From Amphiscolops sp. MND2022 (lineage: Eukaryota), in assembly GCA_964187785.1 (NCBI GenBank), contig OZ076409.1, forward strand, positions 77,936,001 through 78,000,000: a stretch of 64,000 nucleotides of DNA, given 5' to 3'. How positions within the stretch are numbered: position 1 is the first letter of the stretch; every line of letters begins with the position of its first letter. A program made the position numbers and the translations under genes. Positions 52,101-62,179 of the stretch are shown here, one piece after another. The notes beneath the pieces are model-generated. The model saw only the letters and a program-made list of their open reading frames with translations. It had not been told where the DNA came from and did no database searches.

Positions 52101-53897
52101 ATCAAAGTGTTCTCGCATAAAGCTCGAGAATGCGGATAGCGCCCTACTAAGGCCTTGTGCCAAATGTCTGTGGGCAAATGTGCGGCTTGCGAAATTGAAG
52201 GGTAACATTTCAATGGATCGCTGGTCAGCCATCTGGAAGCAATGATACGCCTGTGAACAGTCTAATTTGCAAAAGAGCTTTTTGCCCGCCATGTGTAAGG
52301 CGGCATCAACTAGTGTACTGACGGGATGATTACTGTTTATATATTCATCGGAAATTCAGTTGTTGATTTTTCTCAAGTCAAACAGGAGTCGCAGTTTCCC
52401 ATTTGGTTTCTTTTGCGCAAAGATCGGGCTGGCGTATTTCGAAAGTGGCAAAGTGGTGATTATTCCATAATTATGCAGCATTGCTAGTTCGACTAGGATG
52501 TCCTCCTTTAGGTTTATTGGTGCTGGGAGGCTCTGGCTATAGGCTGGGAGTCGTCCTTGGGTGTCAGTTTCACCTTTAACGCCTCATTCATGCCTATGTC
52601 GAATCTTTGTCTCGCAAAGATAACATGAAAATCTAATAATTCCTCGCTTTGTAATTTTTCGTCAGGAGCTAAAGTGGAATCTTTGCAATCACAATTTTCT
52701 AGGAATTTTGCTCTAGATTCCTCGTTTTTTGTAGGATCAAGGGTCTCTAGGTCCTGTAATGCCTGTAATTCTCGTAGGATCCTCTTCTGTACCGCCGTAT
52801 GTTCCTCTCGGTTTACTGGGTTTTCCGGAGTTGGACACCAATAATTTTCAGCGTTCTGAGGGTTTTTATTGGTCTTGATGAGGCTAATGACATAATGGGC
52901 TGCCTGCTCTCGGTCGTTTTGTAAGAGGTGCCAGGTCGATGCCGGATCAACAGGTTTGACGTATTTCATTTGTTCTGGCGTCATAACAGAGAACCTAGCA
53001 GTATGGAGTCCTTTTTTGAGTTTATAGGGGAGATCCGTGAAGTTATTCACAGGTATCGATAAATTGCCATCGTTCAGAGTGACCAAGGCTGGGCAAAAGT
53101 TTATGTCGCTTTCTTCGTGTAAAAGGTCACTGGGTTGTAATATGCCAGTGACCGCAATTTCAAGATAAAGTAGGGAACTTGTCCTGATTAGGACTCAATC
53201 ATTTAGGGGAATGGTAACTTCTGTCGGAATAAGGATCGGTTCCAGGACATTGGAATATCGGATATCCGCTGTTTTGAGCTGCATAAAGAAGAACGGTAAG
53301 TTCACGATCCCTTGTCTCATGTCCAGAACTGTATGATTTTGCTGAAAGAACATTAGTCCTATGATTGGTCCTGTCAAATGCTCCATTAAGCTCGATTGTA
53401 CTTGTAGGAGTCTCTAATTGTCCATTTGCGACCATGATCTGAAAATTTGGAGGCAGGCCTTCCCGGATAACAGATTGTGGAGAGAGAAGTCGAATTTTCC
53501 GGAGGTCCGTTTCGGGGATTGCACTGGATAATGCCCCAGTGTCGATTAGGCCGTCTATGGTTAATTCCCCAAAGTCCATTGGGAAGTACAACATGCGTTT
53601 TTTGCATTTAAGGTTGATTTTGGTTGACAGTGGTATACAGTCTGGCTCACCATCTTTGGTAATGAGTACATTCTGGAACTGTTGCTCGTCTAGTAGCGAT
53701 TGGGGAGTTGTTTCAGCACAGTTTTCAGGATTCTCGGTTCCTAAGGGGTTTGGGAACACCGGATGGTTTGTACTATCACTCATTTGCCAATTTTCGATTA
53801 GAACTATCGTTTTATTGTTGTGGGTGATTGGAGGGTTCTCCTGGACTGTTTTGTTGTCATGCTCGATGTCGTCTAGGACGTATTGGAACTGTAGCAA
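49110..53897 (-). pseudogene. pol: Gypsy pol (protease, RT, RNase H, integrase with GPY/F), frameshifted
   Basis: LIDTGALSSAI; LFCKLDCSQAYH; CAQYVDD (about 52060-52080); IDFLGRTIT; KEFLAIYLAF; TAADYVSRL; IDVFSR...TDKGTAFTS...HPQTIGKLERTH; WVGPFNV; terminal RGGRYNLRPN. Confidence 0.95.
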
Positions 53898-54339
53898 ATC
53901 TTGGTTGTTTAGCTCTGTGTCCCAGTAGGGCTCTCTGCCTTAATCTGGATCGATATACGTGGGGTTGTAATCGTCAACTAAGGGAATGGGCTTGAATCGG
54001 GTAGTGAAGGTAGTTGTGTAATCAAGATCCCAAACAGAAATTGGTTTTTGGAACAAATGGGTATTATTATAAGTAACAATGATAGCTTTCTCCATCTGCT
54101 GCTGCCAGACAACAGAAGGATAGCCCCTCAATTGTTGTTTATAGTTATGAAAAGTTTGTGTTGGTCCCATTTGATGTATTGTCGGACAGAGACTAGTTGG
54201 TCGAATTGGAGTCAGGGCGAAGCTAGTTTTTTTTATTCGTCTTCCTTGGATGAAGACTGGGAGTTGGACGATGTTGAGTTATGGTGGGGTTTTGGAGCTT
54301 TTGAATCGGGATCGTTATCAGACGAATCCTCAGGCCTGG

Positions 54340-56336
54340 TGCGCTTAGGTTTAAGATGCGCGCCGGCACCCCACCAACATCATTCCTCCGGGTGATTGGT
54401 CTTGCCACAAGTCCCGCATTTGGGATAGGTTTTCTTCTGAGTAGATTTGCCTTGTTGGGCATCCTTCTCATTTTTTCACTTTTTCACAGTCATTGACCAT
54501 ATGGCCCTTTTCCTTGCCATAATTGCAGGTGATGTAGGAGGTTTGCCCAGTAGAGAGAAGGGTCTTGGGCTTAAAAGATGAGGATGTGATCGTTGCCATT
54601 GGTAGGTCATCTGACTCCTCAAGGGCGTTAAGCTCAAGTTCTCCCACTAAGTGAGCAACTATCTCGTCATAAGGGGCATTTTCTAATCTGGCCTTATTGA
54701 CTGATCTTTTGAGTTTGGGAGGCAGTTTTGCGTATAGGAGACTGTCAATCATTTTCTGTGCGTGGTCTCCAAACGCCTTTTCTGCGCCTTGATTCAGTTC
54801 TTCAAGGAAGTCTGGTAACTTCATTGTGTTTGGGTCGAAGACCAAACGGTGCCCTTTATGTTTGGCAGTCGCTTGTGACTCAGGCTTGACGTATTTACGT
54901 CGGAAAATGACTAATACGTCCTCAAGGGTTTGTCTATTGGCTGAGCTGATGTTTCTGAACGTCTGAAGAGCATTTTTCCTCAAGAGTGAGTGAAAAGGAT
55001 TGGTTTTCATCTGTTCCGTCATATCAGGCTGCATCTTGATCATGGTATGAAAAAGATCTTCGAACAACTCAAATTTCTCACTTTTGCCGTCAAAGGTCAT
55101 GGTAATAGAATTGACCGGGCGTATGGTGAGTTGTTGTGCTGTAAGTCGATTCTGCATATTCGTCAAGACATCTGCCAATCTGCTAATTGGGTCTGGATCG
55201 ACAGCGGTGGCGATTCTCTCTTGTGCTGGGATCGTCGTGTCAAAGTTGATGTCCTCATAGGACTGATCGAGGTGATTTCGAGATGGTATACGTCCCGTGA
55301 GAATCTCAGGCATGGACGTCCAAAAGTCTTTGCAAAAGAGTTTTTTCAGCCATTTTTTCAGAAATTGCCGGATTTGTCAACTACCTGCAGTCGAGGAGCC
55401 TTCCATTGACTCAGGTGAAGGAAGGTGGTATAGGAGACTTCTTGAAGCAACAGAATATCCCCCTTGTTGTGCGTGCCAATCCTGTGCTACGTTACAGCAA
55501 CGGAGCAGCGAAGAGGGCTGCAGTTAGCTTTCGGAGTGAGAAGCAGGTTCTGCCAACCTTCAAGGGTACACGGATAAAAGACGCTGCTTTTGATGGTCTT
55601 CCAGAGGCTCCCTGACGATATGAGGCGCTTTTCCCAGACCCGTTATGAGAGCAATAGGTGGTGGTCGTCCAGGATATTGTCGGTCACTCAATTGACCACG
55701 TCGCGCTCCTTGCAAGTGGTGGTTAGGCATTGTCGTAAGCATTGTGATTGGATTGGTCGTCATTTTGACAATTTTGGACATGCTCACTTCTTGAGTTGTC
55801 TCTAGTACCTACATTTCGCAGATTTTCAGAATTTGTTTCCGGTCTCTCGGCTGGAACGTTCCATCCTCTTCTGGTCACGTGTCCTGAACCGGCCATAATG
55901 GCATTTTGAATCTGGGATAAAACCTGATTACTAATGGCATCATTTATGGCCGTCTGCATTTGAACACTGTCACTGTTCATCACCTCATCCATCTCCCTAG
56001 ATATTCTAGAATTCAATTCACTCGACAATCTTTTAAACTCAACATGAGTATTAGTACCGACTGAAATCTGGCCATGATCGGCATTAATCCCTGAACTGAT
56101 ATCTCAACGGTTCCGGTCAAGTCCTCGTCATCATTTCCAAAGTTGTTACTTGTGGCGCCTTCAGGCCTTCTAGGAAAGTTGCTATCTAAGCTTTCCTCTC
56201 TATCCATCCCATTAAAATGGTTTTCTCCAAACATAACGTCAAGATTTTCAATGTCTGAGAGTAATATAAGTCCTCTAGACTTTCTAGTTTTCTTTTGCTT
56301 TCTTGAGGTAGGCATTCGAAGAAAGTCCGAATTCAA
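54340..56336 (-). pseudogene. gag: Gypsy gag, starting inside the 5' LTR; interrupted by a JmjC 5' segment
   Basis: MPTSRKQKKTRKSRG...NHNAYD lies within the LTR; then PEILTGRIPS...FDGKSEKFELFEDLF; knuckle-like CNYGKEKGHMVNDC and CGTCGKTNH. Confidence 0.85.
55320..55730 (+). pseudogene. Extra JmjC-like 5' half plus upstream flank (duplicate of about 41945-42357)
   Basis: ccaaaagtctttgcaaaagag...ggttaggcat is homologous to 41945-42357 and ends at the same ggcat/LTR junction. Confidence 0.85.
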
Positions 56337-57484
56337 ATATTTTAAATGGATTGTATTCGGAAAACAGTATTTTTAGGTTCTAACAGAAATGCGTTCACGG
56401 TTAAACTGAATAGTAGAAGAATAAGAGAAATTGTGTCTTCCCAAGGAAAACAACTATCATATATACTCCTTTGGGCATGACATACATAACATAACAATTC
56501 AAAAATGCATAAACAACATTCCAAAAAGCACCTGACTGGGTCATGAGACGCGTATCAAAGCGTTATTGGAATGTGATTGGTCAAGTCTTGTGGCCATTCA
56601 AAGTCCTTTCTTCAATATGACAACAAATATTTTAAAGCGGCAAAGTACATCAAGCGAGTGTCATATTACAAATATTTTAAGAATGTAAACTACTTTGTAT
56701 TGGCACGTGCCTGCGTATGCGGTCAGATTCAACAAACCGGCAACGCCAAAACATGTAATTTTGCATAATGAAAAATGGCCCAAAATGGCCATTTGACAGG
56801 AGGGTTGGTTAATGAGAGTGGCCGGAGTAGTCCAAAGGACTGGTATCTAAATCGTTATTTCTGGTTAAAATTAATTGCACTGATTAGTCTCAACAGGCTC
56901 ATGAAAATTTCCAAATACAAATACAATCTTACATGAAAATCAAATTATACAATATCAACATCGGAACGATTTAAACAACGAATTAGAGAAATGGCCTAAA
57001 TCGGCCCTTTGCCTATTGTCCCGCTCAATAAATGCATCAATGCGTCAAACGGCTATATCCGCCAATTAATCAAAACGAGTACAGTACTGCAAAATGAATG
57101 ATTATGATTGGGTAATATAACGAGCTCAAGTGACGTCTCCAGGATAAAAGTTTCGTTCACTTGATTTCGTTTCCGTTGCACCGTATACTTGCTTGCATTC
57201 CGTTTCAATTACATTGAACACATCACTGCTATTTCGGATACATTAAAACTTTCAGATCGGAGCTTTCGGTTGTGAGCCTTAACAGACTAATCAGCGTAAA
57301 TAAAAATGTAAATATATAGCAACATCAAGTATAAAACCGTGCAAGAAATGGTAAAATTGGGATAAACAGTTCAAGCTTTCAATATTAGTTTTAGTTTAAT
57401 AAATCGGGAAAGTACCTGTCGTTGTCTCTTGTCCGATTGAGGTCGTCGTAATCTTCGTGCCATCACAGGCGGCAGCCTGCCACA
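55731..57484 (-). repeat. Gypsy full-length LTR (1754 bp)
   Basis: Starts tgtcgtaagc, ends gcctgccaca; flanked by ggcat on both sides (55726-55730, 57485-57489). Confidence 0.9.
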
Positions 57485-57948
57485 GGCATGGAGTGGTTGG
57501 CATAATGACTCCAATCCGGGAGGAAGCGTTGTCAGCCAGTTGGAGAGGGGAAGGAAGTTGTGGTTCTTCACGGGTGCGCAGATACGAATCGAATCCCTCA
57601 GTTCGAAAACAAGGGTACGTCCTCGGGTCGACCAGTGCAAGTTCCGGAAATAGATCGGCTGAATCGTGTCGAATTGATGAAATTTCGGAAATATAGGGAC
57701 TGTCTCGGATTGATCAATAGATGCGTCAAATTAGCCTGACAAAAGACATGCGGTGATGCGCACTGCTTGTTCGATTCGAGAAATGGGATAACAAATTTCG
57801 ACCCGACGTGTTCTACCGAATTCGATCTCAGTTCGTTCGACCTGTGTATTTCGACCTCCTGTATCAGCCTCAAGGAATGAAACGTGTCGTAAGGGAGCCA
57901 GGTTCACGAGGGCGATGTAGGGGGAAGAGACGGTCCAGGTTTTCCTGA
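57485..57948 (+). pseudogene. JmjC-like gene 3' half (internal deletion and ~280-bp foreign insert 57581-57860)
   Basis: AWSGWHNDSNPGGSVVSQLERGRKLWFF (HxD 57501-57509), then resumes YQPQG...FS*. The 3' flank to about 58150 is homologous to 41700-41912. Confidence 0.75.
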
Positions 57949-58154
57949 GGTGAGGATCGCTTTGAAACAATATAATATACAAAATAAGAATGCACACTTC
58001 TTCAAAAGTATTTCGCTTGATGTCATTTTAACTCGGACGGCTCTTAGTCAACAAACTAAGTCAATAAATCTTTCCACTTTTTGGGGGGGATATTTATTCA
58101 GATTAATATATGCGACAATGTATTTGATATCTTTTGCCTTTTAATATACTTGAA

Positions 58155-61100
58155 TTAGCCTAATTGTTGTAATAGGCTATTTGGGATTGCTTCAGAGATG
58201 GCAATGATTTGAATTTGAGACAACTGGACAACATCTCTGACGCTGTTTTGTTGGTTTGTCGCTGCACTTGGGCTGAAAGAACCATCACAACCCGGTGAGA
58301 TAATTCCATTTTTATTTCAATTTAACAATTCAAGGTTTTGTTCTATATACGGATTGCTTCACTGTTGTGATTGTTTTTTGGGGAGATTGACACACACCCA
58401 AATGTGGTATTTCAGCCATTGGTTAGGTTTCGAGGTTGAGTTGTGATGAAAAACAACGAAACCTGCAACGCTCCGAAGTGTCTGAAGCCCTCAGGGTTGA
58501 TAGACTGGATAAATTGTAGGCTTTGCAACAGTTGGGTTCACATAAAATGCGCCAATTTATCAAGAACGGAAGCTCGGAGTCTTGTCGAGTTTAAATGTAG
58601 TAGATGCTGTTTAGTGAACACAGACCCTCAGTGTCAGGATGATAACTTTAGACCGGACACTGTTGATCACTTGAAAAGAGTTCCTAAAAATTCACGGATC
58701 CCCCCTGAATCCTGAAAACTTGATACCCAACTTTAATGATACTTGTGAAACCCCGTCAAATATTGCCTGGTGGTGCTTACTGCTCTCGTCTCTAAGCTAT
58801 TTTTTGGAAAAACTAACTCAAGGAGGTAAACGTGAGCGGTTTTCACTTAGTGCAATTATCAACAAGCGTACTCGGGATGGTGTCATTGAGAAAAAACCGA
58901 AACGCGACAGAAAACCGCAGCAGAAAAACGAGTTTGATTGACGAATGCGTTCCATTTGCATTATATTAGACGAAGGTAATGTTGAGGCCGGAATCAGAAT
59001 GGCAGTAGGCGACAACAAGATTGCAGAATACACGATCGGCAACTACGCTGCCCTTAAGCTGAAACATCCGCAGAGGGAAACTTGCTCTGTTCCGGACAGA
59101 TATCGATTGTTTTTCAACCTCGGAGTTTTTCGTCCACAAGGCTCTCATGTCCTTCCCCAACGAATCTAGTGCATGGTTGGATCGCATTTCGCCCCAAATT
59201 TTGAAAGATTTGACTGCCAAGTCGAACGGGCAAACTGGACTGAATATTCTCAGAGCCTTAGAAAATCTTGTGAATGTGATTATTGAAGGAAAAGGACCAT
59301 TCCAACTTCGGCTGTACTTCTTTGGTGCGAAACTAATTGCGCTAAAAAAGCCCGATGGAGGATTTTGTCCTATCGCTGTAGGCAATGCTTTCCGCCGATT
59401 GTCCGCAAAATGTGCCGGATACCATGTCTTCGAATCACTTCAAGCAAGATATGGAAATCGACAAGTAGGTGTAGGCACCAAAAGGGGCGCTGAATTGGCC
59501 TCACATGTTTTCCGTTGTTTGATAGAAAGCCTTCAGCCCAAAGAAAACGTAATTTTAAAAATTGACTTTGAAAACGCTTTCAATTCGATACACCGGCAAT
59601 TCATGCTAGAGAAATTTTTTAAAATACACCCTGAAGTTTATAAGTATTCACACTCGGCGTAGAGTCAGCCAAGTGTTCTTTTTTACGGTGATTCAGTAAT
59701 CAAATCTTGTGAAGGGACTCAGCAAGGAGATCTTGAGTCTCCAGCTTTGTTTTCGGATTCCATTCAGGATCTGATTGACAGTTTGGAGTAATAAGTTTAT
59801 GGTACTTTGACGATGGAAATCAAAGTGATGATTACAGAACCGTTCTGAAAGATCTCGAAAAAAATTGTTGAAGCGGAAAAAACGCTGGGACTCAAAATTA
59901 AACCCACGAAGTGTGAAAGTTTTATCCCTGATGACATCACTGAAAAACGACGATCGACAATTTTAGCATCTTTCCAAAAACTTCGCCCCGGGATTAAAAC
60001 ACCAAAGAAAGTTGAACTTATCATTCTTGGTTCACCGCTTGGCCCGAAATCACAACCAGACTTATTGGAAAAGAAAATTAATGAAATGGAAAAAGTTACC
60101 GGGATTGAAAAACTAGATGCGCACTATGGTTATTCTATGTTGAAAATATTGCTTCAGTTTGCCAAAGTTGTTGTACTTCCTGAGAACCAGTACCTGTTTT
60201 AATCATCCAGCTCTCTTGGAGAAATATGACAAAATCGTGCGCGACTGGCTTTCCAAGGTGTGTTACATGAACTTCGACGATATTTTGAGTACTCAGCTGG
60301 CTCTGCCTGCTGAGATGAGTAGTCTTGGGGGTTTCAATCGCATCATTATTAGCACTTCCCGGCTTTCTGGCCTCAGCTTTTGGTGCGAGTGACTTTCTCA
60401 CGACGATTTTCTCGGAAACATTCGAAGATGCTTCGTTTACAAAAGTGCTTGAGAAGTGGTTGAGTTTGACGAAAGAACAGGAAAGTCCTCTCGATAGAAC
60501 CCAGAAAAATTGGACACAACCTGTCTACGTCAAAACCGCACAAGATTTGATTTCTAGAATGGATAACAAACGTTCGAAATTTTTTAGCGCTCATCAAGGC
60601 ATATTCGGGTCTCAATGGCTGAACGTCGTTCCTTGCAAGAACCTAGGCCTGAAACTTGATGATCAGCAACTTCGAATTTCAATTGGTTTGCGTCTCGGTG
60701 CCAACATCTGCGTTGCACATACGTGCCACTGTTGTAAAAGTGGAGTGTACGCCTTTGATCTAATTGCTTGGGTCTAGTGGAAATAGATCTAACTGTTAGG
60801 TCCAACTTTCAGGTCTAATTCTATCTAAAATACTTAGGTCTAACCCCTTTATGATCTAATATGTGTTCTGAAAGCGAAAATGAAATGTGGGGCATATGCG
60901 ATGTATGCACGCTTGCCCTCGCCGTCGCAAAGACCAGCTCCCACTACGATCGCTTCGCGATCTCGGTTCCCGCTAGGTCTTTGCTCCTGTTCGACCTCGC
61001 TTAGCAAGATGGGAATATAAGTGGGGCCCAAAGGGGCCGCGGGGCACTAGAGGAAATGGGGACATATCCGAGGCACGTTTTATACTTTATATCACTTTTT

Positions 61101-61507
61101 AGTTTTAGATCCTAATTGACTTTTTTTTCTCAAATTAGATCAAATTAGAAGAGACTTTCAGACCTAATTATTTATATCAATTTATTTAGATCTCAGTTTT
61201 GCTCCCTCTCTCAGATCTATTTCATTAGACCTGATTGCACGTAGCCGTAAAAGTGTTGAACGGGACGGTTTACACGGTCTTTCTTGCACCAAGAGTGCTG
61301 GTCGCTTCTCACGTCATGCTACTCTGAATTCTCTCATAAAGCAGACGTTGGGATCTCTCGACTTGCCTTCAATGCTCGAACCGCGTGGACTGTACGGAAC
61401 TGATGGCAAACACCCATACGATGTTACCATGATTCCTTGGGAAATGGGTAAACAGCTGGTGTGGGATGTCACGGTTGTGGATGCTCTTGCTCCCAGCCAC
61501 CTGAATC
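58155..61507 (+). mobile_element. CRE-like (RLE-type) non-LTR retrotransposon: PHD finger, RT, CCHC, restriction-like endonuclease; degenerate
   Basis: CNAPKC...WINCRLCNSWVHIKC...FKCSRC (PHD); GAKLIALKKPDGG..PIAVG; LKIDFENAFNS; QQGDLESPALF; WYFDDG; IGLRLG; CHCC...HGLSC; RHATLN...LEPRGL...WEMGKQLVWDVTVVDALAPS. Confidence 0.85.
60743..61246. mobile_element. 504-bp MITE with 9-bp TSD (Mutator-like) carrying core B, inserted in the CRE zinc knuckle
   Basis: gtaaaagtg at 60734-60742 and 61247-61255; imperfect IR ggtctagtggaaatagatct / agatctatttcattagacc. Removal restores TCHCCKSVERDGLHGLSC. Confidence 0.85.
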
Positions 61508-61810
61508 GCGTCAGGGACAATTCGTCACCAGCCATTTGGGCGACAATATGGCGTCGGTCACATGGGCGACAAAAGTGTCGACCAAATGGGTTGATCAAAT
61601 TGATCAATTATTTGATATATTTGAAGGAGATAGCATATTTGTTGTATGGCTCGGTCGCTTCGCTCCCTTCGCCCCCTTCGCCAAGTATCAACATTGAGGC
61701 ATGACCATATGGCACGTCGCTCCCTTCGCCCCCTTCGCCAAGTATCAACATTGAGGCATGACCATATGGCACGTCGCTCCTGCATTTAGGGACTATGTAA
61801 GTATCTACGG
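61508..61810 (+). mobile_element. Non-autonomous repeat with core C and a 57-bp tandem duplication (61660-61780), truncating the CRE element
   Basis: gggcgaca motifs near the start; tcgctccc... unit starts at 61660, 61717 and 61774; homologous to 39606-39728. Confidence 0.65.
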
Positions 61811-62179
61811 GTGTCTTAAGACCAGAATTTCAATTTCAAAGAGCAAGGACCAAAAAAGTTCAACACGTTTTGCGGATTCATCTACGAACTATAACGTTTT
61901 GGTTACGTTGTCTACTGCTTTTCTATACGATGTTTTTCTACTGCTCGTGTCGTGTACAAATTCCGTTGTCATTTGCGACCTCTTAATTCACGGAGCAACC
62001 GCGAAAATGTTCCTAGGTGGTGGAGGAATGCCTAACGCCGAATATTGATAGCTGTTTTTCATCAGAGACATAGCGACTCGTTCATTTATTTACCAACACA
62101 TTCATTTACCAAACCTATAAAGTTGAAGCAAAGATATCTTTAGAAGTTACCGGTACGGAAAAATACAAGTGGATGAATA

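Larger units (their letters stand above)
42358..57484 (-). mobile_element. 15.1-kb Ty3/Gypsy LTR retrotransposon with passenger genes
   Basis: TGTCG...GACA/CACA ends, 5-bp TSD ggcat (42353-42357 and 57485-57489), gag-PR-RT-RH-IN order on the minus strand. Confidence 0.9.

Noticed and set aside
56754..57484. ~730-bp LTR definition starting TGTAATTTTGC
   Set aside because: Homology between the two repeats extends further left, and the ggcat TSD fixes the end at 55731/42358.
58443..58715. Stand-alone host PHD-finger gene
   Set aside because: Contiguous and co-oriented with the CRE-like RT sequence; treated as part of the element.
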